This document shows positions 25,291 to 33,422 of a stretch of DNA of 64,000 bases, one piece after another. The number at the start of each line of letters is the position of its first letter. Positions within the stretch are counted from its first letter, which is position 1. The notes under the pieces were generated by a model. That model searched no databases and was not told the DNA's origin. It worked only from the letters and a program-made list of their open reading frames with translations. The stretch covers positions 8,620 through 72,619 of the IMG/VR virus record IMGVR_UViG_3300012352_000117; one strand, 5' to 3'. This stretch comes from a virus. A program made the translations under genes and the position numbers.

Positions 25291-27302
25291 AAAAACTATT
25301 ATCACCTTGGATGGCGATGCTAACACTAGTTCTAATGTTAGCAGTCAGAATGACAGATCCTTCATTTGTTGAATCTGTGAGACTTCGTTATTTCGACCAA
25401 CTCATAACTTCAAAGGAGAGCACCACTAGCCAGCAGGTACATGTGGTCAACATCGACGATGCCTATATTCGACAAAAAGGACAATTCCCGTTCCCTCGTG
25501 GACAATATGCCGAGCTGGTTGCTAATCTGTATTCTTCTGGTGCTGGGTTGGTTGTCTTTAACATCTATATGCCTGAGCGTGATCGCTTTGGTCAAGATTC
25601 TCAACTAGTATCTACTCTCAAACAAGCGCCTGTAGTTTTACCACATGTTGCTGACGTTAATCCTCAAATCACTGACTCTGTAACGCAGATATTTAGACCG
25701 GGTGTATCGGTCATCGGTGGAGATCCTAAAGATACTGGAGTTAAGTATGCTTCCATTATACCTAACCATGCGCCGTACAACACGAGCGCTGCTGGTATTG
25801 GTGTTGTTAACACTCTGCCTGAAGTCGATGGCGTCACAAGACGAGTTCCAATGGTTGTCAACGCAAATGGCGAGTTGTATCCAAGCATCAGTTTGGAAAC
25901 ACTGCGCGTCGCATCAGGAGACCCTAGCTTCCAAGTTAAAGTCAATGAACTTGGAATTGAAGCCGTCCGTATTCCACAGTTTGGAAAAATCACCACAGAC
26001 GAACTGGGTCGTATCTGGGTCGATTGGTCGTCAAAGCCTTTACAACATTCGGCAGCTAATCTTCCAAAAGACTTTGGTGGAAGTATCGTCATTGTCGGTC
26101 TTACTGCAAAAGGACTCAACAACCCAGTCGCAACACCAATTGGCGCAGTATACCCACATCATCTTCAAGCTGCAGTATTAGACACAGTAACATCTGGTAG
26201 TGTTATCTCTAGACCCGACTGGGCATTACCAGCAGAATTAGCACTTATTATAGTAGCATCTATTCTATCAATCTATCTGGCGAGGTTTACACATGGCTAC
26301 ATCTTCGCAATCGTTCTTGGACTCACTACCTATTATGCAGGTGTTGAATTATTCTTACGATCTGGCTATCTTATTGATGCTGTCTTCCCGATTCTTACCA
26401 TTGGGCTTGTTAGCTTCCACGGATACATTGTTAAGTTCCTTGTCGAGCTGCGCCAAAAGCTCCAGATCAAGAAACAGTTCGGAACATATCTAAGTCCAGC
26501 ATTAGTAGAGAAGCTACAAAAGAATCCAGAACTTCTTACTCTTGGTGGTGAATCACGCGAACTATCAATTATGTTTACTGACGTGCGTGGATTCACAACT
26601 ATCTCTGAGCATTACGGTAAAGATGTTCAGGGCCTTACTAAAATCATGAATCGTTATATGACAGCTATGACAGCAAAGATTATAGAAAACAATGGTACTC
26701 TAGACAAGTATATTGGTGATGCTCAGATGGCATTTTGGAATGCGCCACTTGACGAGCCTAACCACGCAAAGCTTGCAGTTAAAACAGCTTTGCAAATGAT
26801 GGAGAGTCTAGATGACTTTAACAGAGAAATTACAGCAGAGGGTATCCCTGCCTTCGGCATGGGTCTTGGCATCAATACTGATGTCGTCGTGGTTGGGAAT
26901 ATGGGGTCTGATCAGCGTTTTGATTACACTTGCTTGGGTGACGGAGTTAATCTTTCCTCGAGATTAGAAGGTCAGTCAAAGCCATACGGCGTAAAAATTG
27001 TGCTTGGTCCAAAGACAGCAGAGCAAGTAAAAGATGAGTATGGTGTAGTAGAGCTTGATTGCATTGCAGTTAAAGGTAAGAAGATGGGTGTAAAGATTTT
27101 CACACTCGGAGTAGAAACTGAACTGCATAGAGAGTTCTTAGAATTCTACTACAAAGGCGACTGGGATCAAGCTATCAAATCTATTCCATATTGCAAGAAC
27201 GCATGCCCAGAGCTAACCGCTTACTATGACGCTATGCTAGAGCGCTTACTTGAAGGCAAACCTCAAAAGTGGGATGGTACATTCCGCGCAACATCAAAAT
27301 AA
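25287..27302 (+). CDS. CHASE2-domain class III adenylate cyclase
   Basis: CHASE2 motifs (VVNIDD, FP.PRG.YA, D..DGV.RR.P), three TMs, catalytic MFTDVRGFT, DKYIGDA, DYT.LGD.VN.SSRLEG. Confidence 0.92.
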   Translation: MKKLLSPWMAMLTLVLMLAVRMTDPSFVESVRLRYFDQLITSKESTTSQQVHVVNIDDAYIRQKGQFPFPRGQYAELVANLYSSGAGLVVFNIYMPERDRFGQDSQLVSTLKQAPVVLPHVADVNPQITDSVTQIFRPGVSVIGGDPKDTGVKYASIIPNHAPYNTSAAGIGVVNTLPEVDGVTRRVPMVVNANGELYPSISLETLRVASGDPSFQVKVNELGIEAVRIPQFGKITTDELGRIWVDWSSKPLQHSAANLPKDFGGSIVIVGLTAKGLNNPVATPIGAVYPHHLQAAVLDTVTSGSVISRPDWALPAELALIIVASILSIYLARFTHGYIFAIVLGLTTYYAGVELFLRSGYLIDAVFPILTIGLVSFHGYIVKFLVELRQKLQIKKQFGTYLSPALVEKLQKNPELLTLGGESRELSIMFTDVRGFTTISEHYGKDVQGLTKIMNRYMTAMTAKIIENNGTLDKYIGDAQMAFWNAPLDEPNHAKLAVKTALQMMESLDDFNREITAEGIPAFGMGLGINTDVVVVGNMGSDQRFDYTCLGDGVNLSSRLEGQSKPYGVKIVLGPKTAEQVKDEYGVVELDCIAVKGKKMGVKIFTLGVETELHREFLEFYYKGDWDQAIKSIPYCKNACPELTAYYDAMLERLLEGKPQKWDGTFRATSK

Positions 27303-27303
27303 G

Positions 27304-27332
27304 TGTACATTAAACTCCAGTTGTTGTAAAAT
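27304..27332 (+). promoter_or_regulatory. sigma70-type promoter
   Basis: TGTACA-N17-TAAAAT upstream of the OMP gene. Confidence 0.6.
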
Positions 27333-27381
27333 AATTACTGATCGGTGGAGAAACCGGTCTTTACAAACAAAAGGAGTTTAC

Positions 27382-27837
27382 ATGAAGAAAATCGTTATTG
27401 CATCTGCCCTAGCACTCGCCGCTGTTGCCTCAATGGCAGCTGAAGTTGGTATTACTGCAGGTCGTGACTTTGCTGGTACTGATCAGAATGTTGTCGGTAT
27501 TACACTTACTGAAAAGATCAGCAAGAACGTTGGCTTGATCGCAGGTTTCGAACGTACAGAGCCAAGCAACTTTGTTCAGAATCGTTTTAGCCTAGGTGGA
27601 AGTTATGGCTTGTTCAGCGTTGGTAAAGCAACTGTTGCTGCAAAAGCTGGCGTAGCTTATCTAGACAATGCAACTGTCGTTGATGGTTGGGCTGCAGCTG
27701 TTGGTGTTGGCGTCGATGTTCCATTGACAAAGACTGTATCTGCAACGGTTGATTATCGCTACCAAGGCGCTTTGCAAGATCGAGTCAAACAATTTGACGG
27801 CTCTAATGTAGCCTTCGGTCTTAAGTATAAGTTCTAA
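27382..27837 (+). CDS. small outer-membrane beta-barrel protein
   Basis: Signal peptide; alternating amphipathic strands; C-terminal GLKYKF (BAM signal); SD AAGGAG. Confidence 0.8.
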   Translation: MKKIVIASALALAAVASMAAEVGITAGRDFAGTDQNVVGITLTEKISKNVGLIAGFERTEPSNFVQNRFSLGGSYGLFSVGKATVAAKAGVAYLDNATVVDGWAAAVGVGVDVPLTKTVSATVDYRYQGALQDRVKQFDGSNVAFGLKYKF

Positions 27838-27843
27838 TTGAAC

Positions 27844-27851
27844 GATAAATA
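27844..27851 (+). promoter_or_regulatory. putative late promoter variant GATAAATA
   Basis: Intergenic; one mismatch to TATAAATA. Confidence 0.4.
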
Positions 27852-27920
27852 CTAAACCAGTTGGCCGGGACTGGACAACTCGGCCACTTACACACAGACA
27901 TGACACACAAGGAGAAAATT

Positions 27921-28184
27921 ATGTCACCATTCGAGATTCGTCTTGAGCTATTGAAAATGGCTCGCGATATGCTAACAGAAGACTATTATGGTAAACGTCA
28001 GATCGTTGACAGCAACTGGCAACAACAGATCGAGTTAGCTAAACAAACCGGTGTTCCGTCACCGTCGCATCCTGGCTACCCAGCCTATCCAAACGAAGCA
28101 GAGATTATTAGTAAAGCTACTACTCTGAACAACTTCGTATCTCAAATCCCAATAGAAAATCCAAAGGGCAAAAAGTCCACCTGA
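27921..28184 (+). CDS. conserved phage hypothetical protein
   Basis: MSPFEIRLELLKMA.DML...YP...EII.KA..LN.FVS. Confidence 0.7.
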   Translation: MSPFEIRLELLKMARDMLTEDYYGKRQIVDSNWQQQIELAKQTGVPSPSHPGYPAYPNEAEIISKATTLNNFVSQIPIENPKGKKST

Positions 28185-28243
28185 TAAGGGATCGGGCAAG
28201 AGGCACTGACGTCTCTCGCTTTTAACCAATTAAGGAGATAATT

Positions 28244-28828
28244 ATGCACACAAATAAAATAGCGCTCCTTGGCGCATTGGTGCTATCACTTATTATAATG
28301 ATGACTGGCTTTCAAATGTCATCATACAATGTATATCATATTCCTAATCTGATGTCGACTAACGAAGAAGTAGTCCCATCTAGAGCAGTCTCATTCAATC
28401 AGCTCTCTAAGAAAGAGCGTCGTGAAGTTGAATGCTTGGCTAACAACATTTACTATGAAGCAGCATTCGAATCAAGAGTTGGTTGGATGGCAGTAGCTTC
28501 AGTAACAATGAACAGGCTTTTGTCTGGAAATTATGCAGACACTATCTGTGGTGTCGTACATCAAAATAATGGACGAACATATCAATTCTCATGGGTCGGT
28601 ATGAAAAATAAATTGTCCAAAATTAACGAAGATGTGTATAATGAAATTCTGAAGCTTGCAACAGCGACGTATCTAAACTATGATATGTCAAAAGACGTGA
28701 CGAAAGGTGCAACGTACTATCATGCTGATTACGTCAATCCTGGTTGGAGACTCGAAAGAGTTAAGAAGATCGGCCGCCACATCTTTTATAGAAGCAAAAG
28801 AGATTCTGAATCCTTAGGAGAAATGTAA
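28244..28828 (+). CDS. SleB-like cell wall hydrolase (Hydrolase_2)
   Basis: CLA.NIYYEA, AVASV..NR, TIC.VV.Q...QFSW, GATYYHADYV.P.W, IG.HIFY. Confidence 0.88.
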   Translation: MHTNKIALLGALVLSLIIMMTGFQMSSYNVYHIPNLMSTNEEVVPSRAVSFNQLSKKERREVECLANNIYYEAAFESRVGWMAVASVTMNRLLSGNYADTICGVVHQNNGRTYQFSWVGMKNKLSKINEDVYNEILKLATATYLNYDMSKDVTKGATYYHADYVNPGWRLERVKKIGRHIFYRSKRDSESLGEM

Positions 28829-29052
28829 TGAAAGAAAACCTTAACGTACTTACTGCTATAGTTTGTATAAGTATCATTGTGGTGACATTTATTAGTTCAA
28901 TTGCGTATTACAATGTGAATGACCGAAAATTGATGTCAACTAACATTAGCGAAGCTGTTGCAAAAGGCATGGATCCACTTTCTGTGAGATGCTCATATAC
29001 TCATAGCACTGATACAGTTTGTGTTGCTTACGCCGCTTCATCGAAAAAATAA
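28828..29052 (+). CDS. small membrane-anchored protein
   Basis: N-terminal TM; DPLSVRCSY...C. Confidence 0.6.
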   Translation: MKENLNVLTAIVCISIIVVTFISSIAYYNVNDRKLMSTNISEAVAKGMDPLSVRCSYTHSTDTVCVAYAASSKK

Positions 29053-29069
29053 TCTAACAAAGGTATATT

Positions 29070-29744
29070 ATGGATCTGCAAGAACTGCTTAAGAAAACAA
29101 AACCATCGAACGATGGTTCTTACACGAAGCCGATTGCATCTCTACATGAGTTTTATCTCACTGGAGAGATTGAGTCAGCTGATAATTATGTTGAGTGGTT
29201 TGACACGATCCGTCATGCCGGTGAACATGATGCCATCAAGATTTACATCAATTCGTATGGTGGTGATCTATTCACAGCTATTCAATTCTTGCGAGTTTTG
29301 ACAGAGTCTCCTGCAACTAAGATTATCTCTGTTGAAGGAGCTTGTATGTCTGCTGCTACTATGATCTTCATGTGCGCAGACAATTTTGAAGTTACTCCAC
29401 ATTCAGTCTTTATGTTCCATAACTATTCTGGTGGAGCTATCGGTAAGGGTGGAGAAATGATCGATCAGTTGCTTCATGAACGTAAGTGGTCTGAGAGACT
29501 TCTTTATGAGATCTATGATGGTTTCCTTACTAAAGATGAAATCAAAGCTATGCTAGACAACAAAGACATCTGGATGGATGGCGAAGAAGTTGTAAAACGT
29601 ATCAATTTGAAGATTGAATCTAGAATCAAATCTAAAGCTCCTAAAACTGAATCTCGAGCTCCTCGAGCCAAAGGAGCTTCTGCAAAGAAAGCTAGTACTC
29701 CTCGTAAGAAGGCAGAAGCTGAATTGCCAGAAAAACTAAGTTAA
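29070..29744 (+). CDS. clpP: ClpP-like serine protease
   Basis: YINSYGGD, GACMSAA (catalytic Ser), FMFH (His), DIW.D.EE. Confidence 0.78.
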   Translation: MDLQELLKKTKPSNDGSYTKPIASLHEFYLTGEIESADNYVEWFDTIRHAGEHDAIKIYINSYGGDLFTAIQFLRVLTESPATKIISVEGACMSAATMIFMCADNFEVTPHSVFMFHNYSGGAIGKGGEMIDQLLHERKWSERLLYEIYDGFLTKDEIKAMLDNKDIWMDGEEVVKRINLKIESRIKSKAPKTESRAPRAKGASAKKASTPRKKAEAELPEKLS

Positions 29745-29749
29745 AACTG

Positions 29750-29778
29750 TGTACAAATAATCTTGGATGTGGTATAAT
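29750..29778 (+). promoter_or_regulatory. sigma70-type early promoter
   Basis: TGTACA-N17-TATAAT, near-identical to the 7429 promoter. Confidence 0.8.
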
Positions 29779-29801
29779 ATCTCTATACTGTGGAGAACTT
29801 T

Positions 29802-30029
29802 ATGCCAGCCAATAATTACTTTTTGAGGAAACTTGCCAGTGACGAACTGTGGGACACCATGTTCTTCGCCTCTGGTGAGGTTCCAACTAAAGTGAAATCC
29901 AGTGATTTTACGATTTTGAAGACTAAGCTTTTCGAAGCAAAAATCATCACACACCGTAGAATTACAGTGAATGGCGTAAAGTGTGCTAGCGTTCCCGCAG
30001 CTAAACTTTTCATTCAGGAGAATCTATAA
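29802..30029 (+). CDS. hypothetical protein
   Basis: SD GGAGA upstream of ATG 29802. Confidence 0.6.
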   Translation: MPANNYFLRKLASDELWDTMFFASGEVPTKVKSSDFTILKTKLFEAKIITHRRITVNGVKCASVPAAKLFIQENL

Positions 30030-30031
30030 TA

Positions 30032-30301
30032 ATGACTAATCTGTATTCAGTAGAATCTGAAATTGTAACGGCAGCAGCCTTACGCGATTTAGATCGTGTT
30101 CGTGAAATCTACATTGAACTGTCTTCAGCTCGCACAAAGCTTGATCGATGGTTTGATAAGTATATTGATATGTTTAATGAAAAACTTGAGCGAGTGGATC
30201 GCAATGATCCCGTCAAAAAGCTCTATAATACTAAGTTCGATGAGTATTCAAAAATTTCGCGTGTCATTAGAGTTGCCGAAAAATACATGAAGGCAGCATA
30301 A
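30032..30301 (+). CDS. hypothetical protein
   Basis: 89 aa helical ORF. Confidence 0.6.
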   Translation: MTNLYSVESEIVTAAALRDLDRVREIYIELSSARTKLDRWFDKYIDMFNEKLERVDRNDPVKKLYNTKFDEYSKISRVIRVAEKYMKAA

Positions 30302-30516
30302 TGTTTAAGAACGCATCTCAATTCTCTCTCCACATCGAACAACTTGCAGCAAGCAAGAAAATCTCTCACATGGACGCAGTGCTACTATACTGTGAAGAAA
30401 ACTATGTCGAGCCAGATGAAATCAAATCTCTAATCAATAAGACTCTAAAAGACAAGATCGAAATTGACATGCGAGAAGCAAATCTACTCCCTAAGCGCGC
30501 AGCCCTAGATGTATGA
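30301..30516 (+). CDS. gp33: late transcription coactivator
   Basis: FS..IE......S.MDA.L.YCEEN..EP.....LI.K.LKDKI..E/D. Confidence 0.8.
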   Translation: MFKNASQFSLHIEQLAASKKISHMDAVLLYCEENYVEPDEIKSLINKTLKDKIEIDMREANLLPKRAALDV

Positions 30517-30779
30517 AACTCACTACTAAACTTTGTCATTCGCATCTGATGTCGATGCAGTTGATGCCAGATAAGTTTCATAGAGCAGTGCAATCTTATA
30601 GTGCTTCTCCTCCAAACATGGATCATGAAGGCATTATTGGTTATATGGAAGTTGAAGCAACGTTTCATATCAAAGATTTGCAAGCATTTACAGAACTATG
30701 GTATAATGCTTATAAGTTCCCTTCAGACAGAACTGAATGGTACCATAAGATCAAGAGTGAAACTCTAGGAAAGTGTTGA
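30513..30779 (+). CDS. hypothetical protein
   Basis: 88 aa, overlapping start. Confidence 0.55.
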   Translation: MKLTTKLCHSHLMSMQLMPDKFHRAVQSYSASPPNMDHEGIIGYMEVEATFHIKDLQAFTELWYNAYKFPSDRTEWYHKIKSETLGKC

Positions 30780-30780
30780 T

Positions 30781-31131
30781 ATGATCACGGCATTTGTTTT
30801 AATTATCTGGGCTCACTTTATTGGAGACTTCATTCTTCAGTCAGACTATCATGCACAGAACAAAAGCAAAAGTAGCTGGGTTTTAGCTGAACACGTGATG
30901 ATGTATAGTATCCCATTCATAGCACTTGGATTCTTGATTCCACTTTCTATTGGTTGGATTTTATTCAACGCTGTAGCGCACTTTGCCACAGACTTCGTCA
31001 CTAGTCGAATTACTTCTAAATTGTGGGCAGAGAAACAAGTCCATTGGTTCTTTGTTACAATAGGTGCAGACCAATCAATTCATTTTACTACATTGTTTGT
31101 GTCTTATTACTATCTCTTTCTAATGGTGTAA
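30781..31131 (+). CDS. DUF3307-like membrane protein
   Basis: AHFIGDFILQ, H...D..TS and DQSIH motifs. Confidence 0.75.
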   Translation: MITAFVLIIWAHFIGDFILQSDYHAQNKSKSSWVLAEHVMMYSIPFIALGFLIPLSIGWILFNAVAHFATDFVTSRITSKLWAEKQVHWFFVTIGADQSIHFTTLFVSYYYLFLMV

Positions 31132-31134
31132 TTT

Positions 31135-31401
31135 ATGAGCAAAGAAGAAGACAAGATCCAGCATTCTAAGCGTATTCATGATACGAATACTAAAGTGAAG
31201 AAGCAAGTGAAAATTGCTAAAGCACATGGACTTACTGAAAAAGATAAAGCTGTTAAAGAGCCTCATCGACTAGCAAAACATCATGCTATGGACTGCGGGA
31301 ATCCTGGCTGCATAATGTGCGGAAATCCACGTAAGACTTTCAAACAACTAACTATTCAGGAGAAAAAGTTTGCTGAAACTGCCAACTGGGTTGATGAATA
31401 A
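31135..31401 (+). CDS. conserved phage hypothetical protein
   Basis: K.HAMDCGNPGC.MCGNPRK. Confidence 0.65.
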   Translation: MSKEEDKIQHSKRIHDTNTKVKKQVKIAKAHGLTEKDKAVKEPHRLAKHHAMDCGNPGCIMCGNPRKTFKQLTIQEKKFAETANWVDE

Positions 31402-31579
31402 GCTAGGGTTTGTGCTAACAGCTGCTATAATAGTTGTGTACTTCGGAGTAGGGTTTTGGTACTTGTGGCATTTAGATCACAACACGGTTCGATACAATTG
31501 CGACATTGCAGAAATATCTCCAGATTTTCCAATCAAAGCTAGAGAAGAATGTAGGAAAAGAATAAGTGGACGGATTTAA
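31394..31579 (+). CDS. small membrane-anchored protein
   Basis: TM, then YNC.IAEISPDFP...EECRK. Confidence 0.6.
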   Translation: MNKLGFVLTAAIIVVYFGVGFWYLWHLDHNTVRYNCDIAEISPDFPIKAREECRKRISGRI

Positions 31580-32165
31580 AGCATACAAGTATTTCATGGC
31601 AGTGAAGCTTCATTTCACTACAGAGAAGTATGACGTTTTTGAGATGAATGGCAGAGTTGCTGGATCTAGAGTAGCATTTGAACGCCGCAATGATCGAGGT
31701 CTATTTGAAAAACTTGCAAAGAAGTTTGACAACGAACAAGAGTTCATTCAGTTCTTAGTATCTAATTTCGCGTATGGTCATAAGAACGTAGTCTATTCAA
31801 ATGAATCTGACGAGTACTACAGAACTTGGATGAAACGTAAAGAGTCAAGAACTCAGCACTTCACCAACGATCTAACAAATATTATCAATCATCTCGAGAT
31901 GAACCGAATCCCAGCAGAACAATTGTACTCTGTTGAAACTGGAATGCCTGAGCTACTTAATTTGTACTTAGGCGGCCATGTATCTATAGAGACTATGGTT
32001 GTACTTCAAGACTTTGACGACTATCTGACAAAGTGGGAACCTCTTATCATGCTATGGCACGATTCTTTTTTGACAATTAGAAAGTGTACAAGATTCGTTA
32101 AGTATGATAAAATTAAGCTATATTCTATCTACACTAAGTTCAAGGAACAACTGGCTGAGCTGTAA
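31566..32165 (+). CDS. gp59: helicase loader
   Basis: YK.FMAVKLHF...YD.F...G...S...F..R.D...F.KLA; upstream of gp32 as in T4. Confidence 0.85.
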   Translation: MDGFKAYKYFMAVKLHFTTEKYDVFEMNGRVAGSRVAFERRNDRGLFEKLAKKFDNEQEFIQFLVSNFAYGHKNVVYSNESDEYYRTWMKRKESRTQHFTNDLTNIINHLEMNRIPAEQLYSVETGMPELLNLYLGGHVSIETMVVLQDFDDYLTKWEPLIMLWHDSFLTIRKCTRFVKYDKIKLYSIYTKFKEQLAEL

Positions 32166-32167
32166 TC

Positions 32168-32380
32168 ATGGGCAAGACCAATCATAAGCATCACAATAAC
32201 TTCGACGACGAAGATCGCAACAAAAAGAATTCTAAAGGCTCAAAACATTCACGAAATGTCCCAGGCCAAGGAATGCGTGTTATAAATAGTTGGTACGCTG
32301 ATGATGATGAAGACTATTTCGATGACGACATCGAGATGGGCGATTCAATCGACATCGTGCACACCAAAAACACACGTTAA
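32168..32380 (+). CDS. hypothetical protein (basic N-terminus, acidic C-terminus)
   Basis: 70 aa ORF. Confidence 0.55.
   Translation: MGKTNHKHHNNFDDEDRNKKNSKGSKHSRNVPGQGMRVINSWYADDDEDYFDDDIEMGDSIDIVHTKNTR
32281..32288 (+). promoter_or_regulatory. T4 late promoter upstream of gp32
   Basis: Exact TATAAATA. Confidence 0.55.
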
Positions 32381-32419
32381 TACTACGTTTATACATCGTT
32401 CATACAAAGGAAACACAAA

Positions 32420-33373
32420 ATGGATATTCAAACACTCCGCAAAATGCGCAATTCTGACTTTGGCAAGATCTCTCAAGAGTTCGAAAAAGTTGCCAATCCA
32501 CAGTCTGAATCTAAGTCTTACGCAGACGACCGCTTCTGGAAACTAGAAGCAGACAAAGCTGGTAACGCCAGCGCCACAATCCGATTCCTTCCACGCACCG
32601 TTAAGGTTGTCGATGGAACTGAGAAGATGGATGAACTCCCTTGGGTTCGCGTTTTCAGTCATGGCTTTCAAGGCCCAACTGGCAAGTGGTACATCGAAAA
32701 CTCCTTAACTACTATCGGTGAAAACGACCCTGTCGGTGAACTGAATAGTCGTCTATGGAATTCGGGTCTAGAGTCTGATAAGGAAATTGCACGTAAGCAA
32801 AAACGTCGTTTGCACTATGTTGCTAACGTTCTGATCGTCTCTGATCCTAAGCATCCAGAGAATGAAGGTCAAATCAAGCTGTTTAAGTTCGGCAAGAAGA
32901 TCTTCGATAAGATCATGGATAAAGCTCGTCCTACATTCGAAGATGAGACTCCAGTGAACGTTTTCGATCTGTGGGAAGGCGCTGACTTTAAGCTGCGTAT
33001 GCGCAAGGTTGATGGTTACCCTAACTACGACCAATCTGTGTTCTTGGAGCCAGCACCTGTTGCTGAAGACGAAGACACTTTGCTAAGCATTGTGAACCGT
33101 CAATACTTGCTGTCAGAATTCACTGATCGCAAGAACTTCAAAACATACGAAGAACTTAGCCGTAAGCTTGCTTCTGTTCTTGAAGGTAGTGCACCAACTG
33201 CTACTGCAGCTTCTATTGCTGATGCAGATGATGGTTACACTCCTCCAGCTCGACAAGAAGTTAAGAAGGCTGACGTCAAGATCTCTAAGCCAGCAAAGGT
33301 GCAAACCGATGACGACGACGATGGTGATGATGACGCAATGAGCTACTTCAAGAAGATCGCTCAAGAAGACTAA
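32420..33373 (+). CDS. gp32: single-stranded DNA-binding protein
   Basis: DDRFWK...GN..A.IRFLP, HGFQGP.GKWYIENSLTT, NEG...LFKFGKKIFDKI, FD.WEGA.F.L..RKV.GY.NYD.S; acidic tail. Confidence 0.95.
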   Translation: MDIQTLRKMRNSDFGKISQEFEKVANPQSESKSYADDRFWKLEADKAGNASATIRFLPRTVKVVDGTEKMDELPWVRVFSHGFQGPTGKWYIENSLTTIGENDPVGELNSRLWNSGLESDKEIARKQKRRLHYVANVLIVSDPKHPENEGQIKLFKFGKKIFDKIMDKARPTFEDETPVNVFDLWEGADFKLRMRKVDGYPNYDQSVFLEPAPVAEDEDTLLSIVNRQYLLSEFTDRKNFKTYEELSRKLASVLEGSAPTATAASIADADDGYTPPARQEVKKADVKISKPAKVQTDDDDDGDDDAMSYFKKIAQED

Positions 33374-33392
33374 TCAGTTAGACTGATAAAAC

Positions 33393-33420
33393 AAAGGGAC
33401 CTTTCGGTCCCTTTTCTTTT
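33393..33420. terminator. bidirectional intrinsic terminator between convergent gp32 and gp29-like genes
   Basis: AAAGGGACC-TTTC-GGTCCCTTT with a T-run downstream and A-rich sequence upstream. Confidence 0.88.
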
Positions 33421-33422
33421 GC

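Noticed and set aside
27861-27886. GC-rich hairpin TGGCCG/CGGCCA as a small RNA or riboswitch
   Set aside because: A single short stem with no recognisable family features; at most a leader or processing element.
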